From: an uncultured Gemmatimonadales bacterium
Lineage (GTDB): Bacteria; Gemmatimonadota; Gemmatimonadetes; Gemmatimonadales; GWC2-71-9
Direction of reading: 5' to 3'
Assembly (NCBI GenBank): GCA_963795085.1
Contig: CAWCFX010000001.1
Coordinates: 864,001 to 928,000, forward strand
Length of the DNA stretch: 64,000 nucleotides
In this document: one piece after another, positions 29,454-41,711 of the stretch
Layout of the letters: every line of letters begins with the position of its first letter
Numbering within the stretch: the stretch's first letter is position 1
Notes under the pieces: model-generated
The model's input: only the letters and a program-made list of their open reading frames with translations
Told to the model about the DNA's origin: nothing
Database searches by the model: none
Made by a program: the position numbers and the translations under genes

Positions 29454-29897
29454 ATGGGCATGGCAACTTCGACCCAGGGCGCTCACAGTTCGGTGTCGGA
29501 TATCAACGTGACACCGATGATCGACGTGCTCCTGGTACTGCTGATCATCTTCATGATTACCCAGCCGCTTTCGCGGATGACTCTCCAGGTGCAGGTGCCG
29601 CCGCCGCCGCAGCCGAGCGCGACGCCCCCGGCGGCCTCCAACCAGATCGTGCTGGAGCTGCCCGATAACGGCAGCTACGCCATCAACGGCCAGCCGGTCC
29701 CCCGGGACCAGCTGGATGCCCAGCTGCACGCCATCTACGACCCTCGCCCGGCCAAGCTGCTGTTCGTGAAGCCAGGGCAGAACCGGGTCTTCCAGGACGT
29801 GATTGACGCGATGGACGTGGCCCGGGGCGCCGGGGTCCAGGTGATTGGATTCACGCCGAAGGAGGCGGATGCCGCCCCTGCCGCCACGGGTGGCTGA
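29454..29897 (+). CDS. exbD: ExbD/TolR
   Basis: SDINVTPMIDVLLVLLIIFMI. Confidence 0.92.
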   Translation: MGMATSTQGAHSSVSDINVTPMIDVLLVLLIIFMITQPLSRMTLQVQVPPPPQPSATPPAASNQIVLELPDNGSYAINGQPVPRDQLDAQLHAIYDPRPAKLLFVKPGQNRVFQDVIDAMDVARGAGVQVIGFTPKEADAAPAATGG

Positions 29898-29942
29898 GGC
29901 AACGCCGTAATCGGGGCGGGCCAGAGCCCGTCCCTCGCAAGG

Positions 29943-30368
29943 ATGCACATGGCTTCACGGAAAATGGGCGCCGCGCCGGACCTGGCTCCCACCCCATCAT
30001 CAGGCGGGGTGACGGATCTCAACGTCACTCCGCTTCTTGATGTCCTGCTGGTCCTCCTGCTCATCGGAATGGTCTCCGCCGGCCTCTCCCGCCGTTCGCT
30101 GCCGGTGACCCTGCCGGCCCCGGCGGCCGCGCCGGTCCCCCTGGTGCCCGTCCTGCTGGAACTGGATGGCCAGGGCGGATACCTGATCAACGCCCAGCCC
30201 ATCCCGGCCGCCGACCTGGGCACGGCGCTCGCCGCCATCTTCGCCGACCGGCCGGTCCGGATTCTCTTCATCAAGACCCATCCGGACCGGACTTATCAGG
30301 ATTTCATCACCGCGGCCGACCTGGCCCGCGGCGTGGGGGTCACCATGGTTGCCGCGGTAACCCATTAG
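29943..30368 (+). CDS. exbD: ExbD/TolR (third copy)
   Basis: DLNVTPLLDVLLVLLLI. Confidence 0.85.
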   Translation: MHMASRKMGAAPDLAPTPSSGGVTDLNVTPLLDVLLVLLLIGMVSAGLSRRSLPVTLPAPAAAPVPLVPVLLELDGQGGYLINAQPIPAADLGTALAAIFADRPVRILFIKTHPDRTYQDFITAADLARGVGVTMVAAVTH

Positions 30369-30528
30369 ATTTGGAACCGCCGGGCTCCCCGGCCGCCGGC
30401 GAAGGACGTGCAGGGCCGAGCCCGCGTTGCGTCATCAGAGTAGGCGATCACCGGGCGCGAAGTGGCGCCCCTCCAGGGCGCCCCCGCCATCTCGAGCGCG
30501 GAATGGCGCCCTTTTCGTTGGAGGAATT

Positions 30529-31284
30529 ACGAGACCACCGGCAGCCCCCTCCCTCTCCCTGACCAGCCCCTCCCGGGTGACCCGGCCGGGGAGCGTGGTG
30601 CTGTCCCTCCTCCTGCATGCGCTGGTGATCGGACTCATCCTCTGGCCGGCTACCCGGTTTCTCACCATCAACGATCCGGGGAATCCCCTGCTGGCCCCGG
30701 GGGGTGGCGGCGGGGGCGGAGGTGGCGGTGGAGAGACGGTCGCATATATTTCCCTGCCCGCGTTTACCCCCCCTCCGGAGGCTCCGGAGGTGGTTGACGT
30801 ACCAATAGTTGAGACCCCAGAGGTACCCGTCGTTCCCGAGCCCCAGCCGGTCCGGGATTCGGCCGTGCCGGACACCGTGGTGGTGGCCGCGAATATCGGG
30901 GCGACCCGGGGTGTGGGGACCGGTTCCGCCGGCACCGGGACGGGCGAAGGCCCGGGCGAAGGCGGCGGGACAGGCGAGGGCAGCGGGCCGGGTTCCGGCC
31001 CCGGCAGCGGCGGGGGCATGTCGCTGGCCCGTAACCCCTATTGGACCCAGGCTATTCTGCCGCCGGAAAACCCCCCGCGGGAACTCCGCGGCAAGACGAT
31101 CGAAATCCTGTTCTGGATCAAGGCCGACGGCCGGGTGGAGCGCGTTGAGTTTAACCCCGAAATCGAAAACCGCGGATTTGCGACCAAGTTTCGTGAACGT
31201 CTCCTCGATTTTGTCTTCTCCCCCGCCCGCTCGGCGACCGGGGCGGCGATCGCCGTTCAGTATCCCATCAGCATCACCTTCTGA
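30529..31284 (+). CDS. TonB-like protein with Gly-rich linker (start uncertain)
   Basis: SLLLHAL TM, Pro/Glu-rich and Gly-rich linkers, C-terminal FWIKADGRVE...FSPAR domain. Confidence 0.65.
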   Translation, partial: TRPPAAPSLSLTSPSRVTRPGSVVLSLLLHALVIGLILWPATRFLTINDPGNPLLAPGGGGGGGGGGGETVAYISLPAFTPPPEAPEVVDVPIVETPEVPVVPEPQPVRDSAVPDTVVVAANIGATRGVGTGSAGTGTGEGPGEGGGTGEGSGPGSGPGSGGGMSLARNPYWTQAILPPENPPRELRGKTIEILFWIKADGRVERVEFNPEIENRGFATKFRERLLDFVFSPARSATGAAIAVQYPISITF

Positions 31285-31351
31285 ATTCATCCGCCAGGCG
31301 GGACGTATCCCGGCTGGCTCTTCTGTTCCAGCTCCCAGGAGTTTTTTCCCT

Positions 31352-33847
<2,496 letters not shown>

Positions 33848-33848
33848 C

Positions 33849-33903
33849 GTGCAGTGAGAAGTGAGGAGTAAGCAGTGAGCGGTGCGCGCGGCCGCTCACT
33901 GGC
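33849..33903. repeat. Degenerate 7-bp repeats (GTGAGNA) with inverted tail
   Basis: gtgagaa gtgagga gtaagca gtgagcg ... cgctcactg; hairpin-capable. Confidence 0.6.
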
Positions 33904-33930
33904 TGCTGGATTCCCCCTCCGGAGCCACTG

Positions 33931-35478
33931 ATGAATCAATTGTTTCTCCGCAAATCCGTCGAGGACTGCGAAAACGACATCGCCGAGCGGAGTGGCCTCA
34001 AGCGCACCCTGACCAAGTGGCACCTGACCGCACTGGGCGTGGGGGCCACCATCGGCGCCGGCATCTTCGCGACGACGGGCACCGCCATCGTCGGCGACCC
34101 GCTGCGGCCGGGGGCCGGGCCGGCCATCGTACTGTCCTTCCTGCTCACCGCGGTGGCCTGCGGGTTTGCGGCGCTCTGTTACGCCGAGTTCGCCGCCATG
34201 GTCCCGATTTCCGGCTCCGCGTACACCTACGCCTACGCCTCCCTCGGCGAGTTCGTCGCCTGGATCATCGGGTGGGACCTGATCGTGGAGTACGCGGTGG
34301 GCAACATCGGGGTGGCGATCGGCTGGTCGGGCCACTTCCGGGAACTGATGCATCATTTCGGACTGACATTACCTCCCTGGCTGGCCACCGACTACCGGTC
34401 GGCCGGCATGGCGGTGGAGGCGGTGGCCGCGGGCGCCACCGATCCGCTGAACGTCTATCTGGCCACGGCCGGGTCCACCGCCCCGCACCTGTTCGGGTTT
34501 CCCCTGATCATCAACCTGCCGGCGATGCTGGTGGTGCTGGCCATCACGGTGATCCTGGTGATCGGCATCAAGGAGTCGGCCAATTCCAACAATGCGATGG
34601 TGATCCTCAAGATCGCCATCATCCTGTTCTTCATCGGGGTGGGAGCGTTCCTCATCAAGCCGGAGAACTGGACCAACCCCGACCTCGGCGGCTTCGCCCC
34701 CAACGGGTTCAAGGGCATCAGCGCCGCGGCGGCCATCATCTTCTTCAGTTATATCGGGTTCGACGCGGTGTCCACCGCGGCGGAAGAGGCCAAGAACCCG
34801 GCCAAGGACATGCCGTTCGGCATTATCATGAGCCTGCTGATCTGCACGGTCCTGTATATCCTGCTTTCCATCGTGATGACCGGCATGGCGCCCTGGACCA
34901 AGCTCGGCACCGCCGAACCGATGATCACGGCGCTGTCGTTCGCCGAAGGCCCCCCCAAGCTGCTCGCCGCTTCCCGGTTCATCATCGCGCTGGGCGCCGT
35001 CATCGCCATGGGCAGCGTGCTGCTGGTGTTCCAGCTGGGCCAGCCCCGGATCTTCTTCTCCATGGCGCGGGACGGGCTGCTGCCGAAGTTCTTCACCAAG
35101 GTGCATCCCCGGTTCAAGACCCCCTGGGTCGGCACCGTGCTGACCGGCGCGTTCGTCGCCACGTTCGCCGGGTTCGCCAACATCGCCGAGGTGGTGGACC
35201 TGACCAACATCGGCACCCTGTTCGCCTTCGTGCTGGTGTCCCTCGGCGTGATCGTGCTCCGGTACAAGGACCCGGCGCGGGTACGGCCCTTCCGGGTGCC
35301 CTGGGTCCCGCTCACGCCGCTCATCTCGATCTTCGCCTGCCTCTACCTGATGCTGCAGCTGCCCTACGTGACCTGGATCCGGTTCGCGATCTGGCTGGCC
35401 ATCGGCCTGGTGGTCTATTTCCTCTACGGAATCCGGAACAGCCGGCTGCGGGCGAGGGCGGAAGGCCGGGAGGTTTGA
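33931..35478 (+). CDS. APC-family amino acid permease
   Basis: LGVGATIGAGIF, YAEFAAMVPISGSAYTY, FFSYIGFDAVSTAAEE, RIFFSMARDGLLP. Confidence 0.93.
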   Translation: MNQLFLRKSVEDCENDIAERSGLKRTLTKWHLTALGVGATIGAGIFATTGTAIVGDPLRPGAGPAIVLSFLLTAVACGFAALCYAEFAAMVPISGSAYTYAYASLGEFVAWIIGWDLIVEYAVGNIGVAIGWSGHFRELMHHFGLTLPPWLATDYRSAGMAVEAVAAGATDPLNVYLATAGSTAPHLFGFPLIINLPAMLVVLAITVILVIGIKESANSNNAMVILKIAIILFFIGVGAFLIKPENWTNPDLGGFAPNGFKGISAAAAIIFFSYIGFDAVSTAAEEAKNPAKDMPFGIIMSLLICTVLYILLSIVMTGMAPWTKLGTAEPMITALSFAEGPPKLLAASRFIIALGAVIAMGSVLLVFQLGQPRIFFSMARDGLLPKFFTKVHPRFKTPWVGTVLTGAFVATFAGFANIAEVVDLTNIGTLFAFVLVSLGVIVLRYKDPARVRPFRVPWVPLTPLISIFACLYLMLQLPYVTWIRFAIWLAIGLVVYFLYGIRNSRLRARAEGREV

Positions 35479-35526
35479 ACGGGGCGGGGCAGGCGGTGAG
35501 CGGGGCCTGGCAGCCGCGCGCACCGC

Positions 35527-36435
35527 TCACCCCTGCTGGATGAGCTTTTCCGCCAGATGCAGTGCCCCCAGGGCGGGCTCGATCGAAAACCGGATGACGC
35601 TGAGCCGTTGCTCCTCGCCCAGGCGGTCGAGTACCATGGCGCGGAGCGCGCGCTCCGGCGCCAGGATGCCGCCGGTGACCGCGACCTGGATCGGCTCGTC
35701 CTCGCCGAAGTGGCGCAGCAGGCTCAGCACCAGCTGCCCCAGTTCTCTCGCCGCATAGTCCACGATACCCTGGGCCACCCGGTCGCCCTGGGCGGCCACC
35801 TCCATGACCACCGGCGCCAGCGCGCTCACCTCGGAGGCTGAGGCGTTGGCGGCCCAGGTGATGAGCCCCTCGAAATCGGCCACCCGCAGCACGGCCGGGA
35901 TGCGGTCGCTGAGCGCGGTGGCCGACCCCCGGTCGTCCGCCGCCCGGCTCAGTGCGCTCAGCGCGGCGCGCCCGATCGCATAGCCGCTGCCTTCATCGCC
36001 CATCTGCCAGCCATAGCCGCCGCTCCGGTGCACCAGGCCGTCCGCCGTCCGCGCCAGGGCGATGCTCCCGGTCCCCGCGCTCACCACGATGCCGGGCCCC
36101 CGGCCGAAGGCGGCGGCCATGGCGATTTCAATGTCGGTGGTGACCAGCACCTGCCGCGCGATCTGCTCGCTCCGAATGGCCCGTTCCAGTTCCTGTTTCT
36201 CCGCCGGCCGGCCCGCGCCGGCCGCGCCCACCACCATCGCGTCGGCCTGGAGATGGCCACTGGCGGAGAGCGCCCGGCGCACCGTGTCGGCGATGGCGCT
36301 GGCCGCCACCAGGGCCCGGCCCGGCCGGATCGCCCCGCCGGGTCCGTCGGCGCGGGCCAGGATAGTATGGCCATCGCCGACCACCGCGGCGGTCTTGGTT
36401 CCTCCCGCATCGACTCCGATGACGATCTGTTTCAC
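35527..36435 (-). CDS. BadF/BcrAD-type GlcNAc/MurNAc kinase
   Basis: IGVDAGGTKT, VSAGTGS, GGYGWQMGDEGSGYAIG; GTG start overlaps the symporter stop. Confidence 0.85.
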   Translation of the reverse strand: MKQIVIGVDAGGTKTAAVVGDGHTILARADGPGGAIRPGRALVAASAIADTVRRALSASGHLQADAMVVGAAGAGRPAEKQELERAIRSEQIARQVLVTTDIEIAMAAAFGRGPGIVVSAGTGSIALARTADGLVHRSGGYGWQMGDEGSGYAIGRAALSALSRAADDRGSATALSDRIPAVLRVADFEGLITWAANASASEVSALAPVVMEVAAQGDRVAQGIVDYAARELGQLVLSLLRHFGEDEPIQVAVTGGILAPERALRAMVLDRLGEEQRLSVIRFSIEPALGALHLAEKLIQQG

Positions 36436-37916
36436 CGCGCCGTTCCTCCGCTGGATCGCGCCAGCGCGCTCGAGAGAATTCCGACCAGCATCGTGATGCC
36501 GGTGCCCAGCGGCACGTACCAGGGCCAGGCCAGGCGGCCGGCCGGGGCCAGCCATCCCATGCCCGGCAGCCCGCTGATGCGGCCGGCGAACAGGATGACC
36601 AGCATGATAACCACGGTGACCGTCATCGCCGCGATGACGTCCCGCCCGCGCACGCGGGAGAACCGCGACGCCAGGATGTAGGTGCCCAGCAGGGCGCCGT
36701 AGGTGACCGAGGCGATGGAGAGGGCGAGGACCACCACCGGGGTGTTCTGTCCCCCGGCCAGGAAGTGAAAGGCCAGCGCCCCCAGCGTGATGCCCGCGGC
36801 CCAGAGCAGGGAAAACCAGCGTCCCACCTTCAGCAGGTGGACCGGATCTCGGCGGCCGGTCAGGCCGGCGTACCAGTCGTGGGTGACCGAGGAAGCCAGC
36901 GCGTTGATCGCCGAGCTCTGGGTGCTCATCGCGGCCGCCATGATGGCGGCGATCATCAGGCCGGCCAGGCCGGTGGGAAGCTGTTCGACGACGAATCGCG
37001 GGAAGATCTCGTCCGGGCGGAGCGACTCGGGGGCGAGCCCGGCCGCCCAGATGGCGCTGCCGATCAGCAGGAAGAGCAGGAACTGGAAGATCACCACGAC
37101 GCCGGATCCCACCAGGGCGAAGCGCCCCGCCTGGAGCGACCGGCTGGCCAGCACCCGCTGTACGATTAACTGGTCGGTTCCGTGGCTGGCCGCCGAGAGC
37201 ATGCCGCCGCCGATCAGTCCGCCGAGCAGGGTGTAGGTCGAGGTGAAGTTGAAGTCGGGCGAGATGAGCCGCAGCTTGCCAGCCTCGCTCGCCGCCGCCA
37301 GGGCCTCGCCGGGGCCGCCGGCCAGGTGCCAGGCGATGCCCAGCGCCGCCATTCCGCCTGCCAGGTACACCACCAGTTGCAGTACGTCCACCCACACCAC
37401 GGCCTTGAGCCCGCCGTGCCAGGTGTAGATGACGGTCACCACGCTCATGGCGACGATCGACCAGGGAATGCTCCATCCCGCGAGCACCGCCAGGGGAATC
37501 GCGCTGGCGAAGACCCGGACGCCGTCGCCCAGGAACCGGGTGCCGAGAAAGACCAGCGAGGCGAGCCGCCGGGTGTGGGGGCCGAACCGGGTCTCCAGCC
37601 GTTTATAGGCGGTCTCCTGTTCGCCGTTGAAATAGCCCGGCAACAGCCACCAGGCCACCACGATCCTGCCGATGAGGTAACCAAAGCTGAGCTGCAGAAA
37701 GGTCAGGTCGCCGCGGGCGGCGACGGCCGGCACCGAGATGACCGTGAGCGCCGAGGTCTCGGTGGCCACGATGGAAAGCAGGATGGCCCAGGCGGGAATG
37801 TCGCGGGCCCCCAGAAAATAGTCGCTCGCGTCCTTCTGCCGGCGGGAGACCCAGAACCCCACCCCCAGCGTGAAGACGAAGTACACCGCGATGATGCCGA
37901 GGTCGAGGGGGGCCAT
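36432..37916 (-). CDS. Sodium:solute symporter (probable amino-sugar uptake)
   Basis: DYFLGAR, LSIVATETSALT, GGLKAVVWVD, HGTDQLIVQR, AAAMST. Confidence 0.9.
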   Translation of the reverse strand: MAPLDLGIIAVYFVFTLGVGFWVSRRQKDASDYFLGARDIPAWAILLSIVATETSALTVISVPAVAARGDLTFLQLSFGYLIGRIVVAWWLLPGYFNGEQETAYKRLETRFGPHTRRLASLVFLGTRFLGDGVRVFASAIPLAVLAGWSIPWSIVAMSVVTVIYTWHGGLKAVVWVDVLQLVVYLAGGMAALGIAWHLAGGPGEALAAASEAGKLRLISPDFNFTSTYTLLGGLIGGGMLSAASHGTDQLIVQRVLASRSLQAGRFALVGSGVVVIFQFLLFLLIGSAIWAAGLAPESLRPDEIFPRFVVEQLPTGLAGLMIAAIMAAAMSTQSSAINALASSVTHDWYAGLTGRRDPVHLLKVGRWFSLLWAAGITLGALAFHFLAGGQNTPVVVLALSIASVTYGALLGTYILASRFSRVRGRDVIAAMTVTVVIMLVILFAGRISGLPGMGWLAPAGRLAWPWYVPLGTGITMLVGILSSALARSSGGTAR

Positions 37917-38054
37917 TGGGGATGCTGGATTTCGGGTTGGAAACCGGGCGGGCGTCCTGGACGGTCATCGTGGGCGAACGTACCGGGCGGGCAGGAAAAC
38001 GTTGGTCCGCCTGTTTCGCCCGCCCCCTTCGCCCGCCCGGTTCGCCCGCCGAAT

Positions 38055-38089
38055 AAAAAAAAGGCCCCCGGATCGCGCCGTGAGCCTTT
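38055..38089 (-). terminator. Rho-independent terminator after iscA-like gene
   Basis: Minus strand AGGCTCACGG-CGCGAT-CCGGGGGCC followed by T8. Confidence 0.75.
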
Positions 38090-38109
38090 CCGTATTTATC
38101 GAGAACCGG

Positions 38110-38478
38110 TCACGCGGTGAAGCTGCTCCCGCATCCGCAACCGCCGCTCGCGTTGGGATTGCTGAACGTGAACCCGCTGCCCTGCATCGAGCTGGTATGG
38201 TCGATCGTGATGCCGTTGAGGTACTGGGCGCTGAACCCGTCCACGAAGATCCGCACGCTGTTGATCTCGAGGACCATGTCATCGTCCAGGGCGCGCTCTT
38301 CGATATTCAAGCTGTATTTGAAGCCCGAGCACCCGCCGGGGAGCACACTCACCCTGAGCCCCGCGCTCTCCGCCGGTACCTGCTCGGCGGCGATGAACTT
38401 GACGACCTCCTGGGCGGCCTTGTCGGTCAGCTTCAGGGTCAGGCCCGACGTTTCAGACTGCTGTTCGGTGTTGCTCAT
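38110..38478 (-). CDS. A-type Fe-S carrier (HesB/IscA/ErpA)
   Basis: GGCSGFKY, FSNPNASGGCGCGSSF. Confidence 0.93.
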   Translation of the reverse strand: MSNTEQQSETSGLTLKLTDKAAQEVVKFIAAEQVPAESAGLRVSVLPGGCSGFKYSLNIEERALDDDMVLEINSVRIFVDGFSAQYLNGITIDHTSSMQGSGFTFSNPNASGGCGCGSSFTA

Positions 38479-38574
38479 ACTTCCTAACTCCTTTGATCGC
38501 CTCAGGTTGGGCGATGAATCCAGGGGGAAAACGCCCTGTCGAATAGTAGTGGTTCAGCCCCAATCTCTCAATCC

Positions 38575-38712
38575 CCAATTCCCCAATTCCCTCAATTCCC
38601 CCATTCCCTCAATTCCCCCATTCCCTCAATTCCCTCAATTCCCCCATTCCCTCAATTCCCTCAATTCCCTCAATTCCCCTCAATTCCCCCATTCCCTCAA
38701 TTCCCCCATTCC
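38575..38712. repeat. 9-bp tandem repeat (A/C)ATTCCC(T/C)C
   Basis: About 15 units; same motif as 25002-25140 on the opposite strand. Confidence 0.9.
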
Positions 38713-39908
38713 CCCACCACCCGTTCCGCCACCCCCCGCCGGACCGCCCCGATCCGGTTGTTCTCCCGGGTGGGGTGGACCCGGTTCGTCAGGAGAACAA
38801 TCACCAGTTCCCGAGTCGGATCGATCCAGATCGATGTGCCGGTAAACCCGGTGTGGCCCACGCTGGTCGAATCGAGCAGGCGGCCCGCGCTGCTTCCCTC
38901 CGACGGGGTGTCCCACCCCAGCGCCCGGCTGGAGCCGGCGGGGATATGCTGCCGCACGAAAAAGGACGGGGGGGCGAGGACGACCGGCAGCGGCGTGCTC
39001 CCTCCGGGCTTGCCCGCCGCCGCGTCGATCGCCGCGTTCCGGCGCGCCAGGAGCCATTCGCCGAAGCGGAGCAGGTCCGGCGCGGTGCTGAAGAGACCGG
39101 CGTGGCCCGAAACGCCATCGAGCCGCGCCGCATTCTCGTCATGCACTTCGCCCCGGAGCACCCGGCCCCGCCAGGGATCGTTCTCGGTCGGGGCGATCCG
39201 TTCGATCCACGCCGCGGGAGGAAGGAAGCGGGTGTGCGGCATGTTGAGCGGCGCGAAGACCCGGTGCTCCAGCAGGGTATCGAGGCGGGTACGATAGACG
39301 GCCTCGAGCGCCTGGGTGAGCACGATGGCGCCAAGGTCGGAATACACGTAGCGAAGGCCGGGCGCGGTATCGAGCGGTGTCGTGTCGGCCAGCACCAGCG
39401 CAGCTTCCCTCGTCGCCGCCTCGCGGTAGAGCGGGCGCCAGGCCGGCAGGCCGCTGGCGTGCACCAGGAGCTGCCGGACGGTGACCTTGTCCTTGCCGGC
39501 GCCGCCGAACGCCGGTACGTAGCGCTGGACCGGCGCGTCCAGTTCGATCAACCCGGAATCGACGGCCAGCATCAGGCCGGTCGTGAGCCCCACCACCTTG
39601 GTGAGGGATGCGAGGTCGTACACCGTGGTGCTGTCGGGAACCGTGGGATCATCCAGCCCTAGCCGGCCGGTGCCGTGGATGAACCAGCGGCCCTGCTGGC
39701 TCACCGCGAGAACGGCGCCCGGCGCCGCGCCGGCGGCGATGGCGGAATCGAGGAACCGGGCCGCCTGGGGAAACCGGAGCGGCCGGGCCGCCAGCCGGCC
39801 CGGGTCCATTGATGGCTTGATCGCGGGAGTCTGCTGCGCGGCACAGGCGCCGGAGGCCAGCAGCAGCCCGGCCGCAAGAGTGGCGGATCGAATGAACTTC
39901 ACGGGCAT
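38697..39908 (-). CDS. Beta-lactamase-family serine hydrolase (AmiE-like), lipoprotein
   Basis: YDLASLTK (SxxK), YVYSDLG, GEVHDENA, GHAGLFS, GHTGFTGTS; lipobox-like SGAC. Confidence 0.88.
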   Translation of the reverse strand: MPVKFIRSATLAAGLLLASGACAAQQTPAIKPSMDPGRLAARPLRFPQAARFLDSAIAAGAAPGAVLAVSQQGRWFIHGTGRLGLDDPTVPDSTTVYDLASLTKVVGLTTGLMLAVDSGLIELDAPVQRYVPAFGGAGKDKVTVRQLLVHASGLPAWRPLYREAATREAALVLADTTPLDTAPGLRYVYSDLGAIVLTQALEAVYRTRLDTLLEHRVFAPLNMPHTRFLPPAAWIERIAPTENDPWRGRVLRGEVHDENAARLDGVSGHAGLFSTAPDLLRFGEWLLARRNAAIDAAAGKPGGSTPLPVVLAPPSFFVRQHIPAGSSRALGWDTPSEGSSAGRLLDSTSVGHTGFTGTSIWIDPTRELVIVLLTNRVHPTRENNRIGAVRRGVAERVVGEWGN

Positions 39909-39929
39909 CTCCTCCCCGAACCAGGCCGG

Positions 39930-41711
39930 TCAGCGCGCCCGCGCGCCGGTCTTCCTGATCCCAGATCCAATGGCGCCCCCGCCGGGCACCGTGATAGGCA
40001 AGGTGCCGGTGATCGGCGCGGTCCCGGCGAGTGCTGCCGCCATGGCCCGCTCGTTGATGCCCCGGGCCTGCCAGCCAAGGAGGTAGGACCCCACCCGGGG
40101 CGCCTGGCTGATCAGGTACGGCGAGCCCAGCGAAACCAGGACGGTGCGCTTGTTCCTGGCGGCACCGTCCATCAGCGCGGCAAAGGCGGCGGGCAGCCCG
40201 ATATTTCCGCTCCACGCGGTGGCCCGCACCGAGGCAACGAAGACCGCAATGCCGTTGCCGGCGATCGCCGTGCGCGCCGAGTCATAGCTGGCGGGGCCGC
40301 TCTGGGGGTAGAGGCGGAAACTGGAGACCCGGTATCCCCGGCTCCGCAGCTCGCCGATCAGGGTGACTCCGGCGTCTTCGTAGGCGACGACGGTCAGCGG
40401 CTGGGGGCGGGCCCGGAGGCTGTCCACGGTGCCCAGGCTGTCTTTGACGAGGACGATCGACCGGGCGGTGACATCCTCGGCGATCCGCTGATATCCCGCC
40501 GCCCCGACATACGCGGGGATCCGGTCGAGCGGAACCAGCCGCTCGGCGAAGAGCCCCAACCGGTTCTTGAGCTGCAGGATGCGGGAGACGCTGGAGTCGA
40601 GCCGGGCCGGGGACACGCGGCCGGTTTCGACCGCCCGCACCATCGCGTCGATGGCCACCGCCGGGTCGGCCGGCTGCAGCAGGAGGTCCGCGCCGGCCAG
40701 GAAGGCGAGCACGGCGGCTTCGCCGGCACCGTAACCGCTCACGAGCGCGCCCATGTTGAGCGCGTCGGTCACGATCAGCCCGTCGAAGCCGAGCGAGTCC
40801 CGGAGGATGCCGGTGAGGATGTTGGGCGCCAGGGTCGCCGGCCGGGACCGGCCCGAATCGATGCCCGGCAGCGCGATGTGCGCCGACATGACCGCCGTCA
40901 CCCCGGCCTTGACCGCGGCGCGGAAGGGCACCAGCTCCACCGAGTCGAGCCGCGGCCAGCTCGCGGTGATCACCGGGAGCGAGATATGGGAATCGGTGCC
41001 GGTGTCGCCATGGCCGGGAAAGTGTTTCGCCGTCGCGTACATGCCGTGGTCCTGCAGCCCGCGCACCTGCGCCCCCACCATCCGGGCGACCAGGGCCGGG
41101 TCCTCGCCGAAGCTGCGGGTGTTGATGATCGGGTTGGCCGGGTTGTTGTTGACGTCCGCCACCGGCGCGAACGTCATGTGAATGCCCACGGCCCGTCCTT
41201 CCAGCGCGGTGATGCGGCCCATCTCGTAGGCATCGAGGTCGCTTCCCGCCGCGGCCACGCCCATATTGCTGGGAAAGGCGGTGCCCCCGTTGAGCCGGAA
41301 GCTCGACCCGCTTTCCAGGTCGGATGCCACCAGCAGGGGGAACGGGGCCAGCTGCTGCAGCCGGTTGAGCTTGGCCGCCACGTCCATCGGTGAGCCGATC
41401 GACACGATGATCCCGCCGACGTGCAGCGAATCGACCCAGCGCTGGATCCGGGCGAAGGCGGTATCGTCATAGCTCGCGTACGCGCCGTTGATCCACGGCA
41501 TGACCAGCTGGGCCACCCGGTCCCGGGTGGAGAGCGAGGAGAGGACCTGGCCCAGGCCATCCTGCTGGGCCGGGGTCGGGGCCGACCACTCGATGGCCGG
41601 CTGTTCCAGCGGCTCCGGGAGCTGGTTTTCCGCGGGGAAAGGGCCGGCCGGGGCCATCCTGCTGCAGGCGCCGGCCGCGGCGATGAACAGAAAGAGAAAG
41701 GATCGATGCAC
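39930..41711 (-). CDS. nagZ: GH3 beta-N-acetylglucosaminidase, lipoprotein
   Basis: FAPVADVN, RSFGEDP, KHFPGHGDTGTDSH, VTDALNM. Confidence 0.9.
   Translation of the reverse strand: MHRSFLFLFIAAAGACSRMAPAGPFPAENQLPEPLEQPAIEWSAPTPAQQDGLGQVLSSLSTRDRVAQLVMPWINGAYASYDDTAFARIQRWVDSLHVGGIIVSIGSPMDVAAKLNRLQQLAPFPLLVASDLESGSSFRLNGGTAFPSNMGVAAAGSDLDAYEMGRITALEGRAVGIHMTFAPVADVNNNPANPIINTRSFGEDPALVARMVGAQVRGLQDHGMYATAKHFPGHGDTGTDSHISLPVITASWPRLDSVELVPFRAAVKAGVTAVMSAHIALPGIDSGRSRPATLAPNILTGILRDSLGFDGLIVTDALNMGALVSGYGAGEAAVLAFLAGADLLLQPADPAVAIDAMVRAVETGRVSPARLDSSVSRILQLKNRLGLFAERLVPLDRIPAYVGAAGYQRIAEDVTARSIVLVKDSLGTVDSLRARPQPLTVVAYEDAGVTLIGELRSRGYRVSSFRLYPQSGPASYDSARTAIAGNGIAVFVASVRATAWSGNIGLPAAFAALMDGAARNKRTVLVSLGSPYLISQAPRVGSYLLGWQARGINERAMAAALAGTAPITGTLPITVPGGGAIGSGIRKTGARAR

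Noticed and set aside
35527..37476. 649-aa fusion ORF ending in the sugar kinase
   Set aside because: Its upstream part is an alternative frame over the symporter; the kinase starts at GTG 36435.
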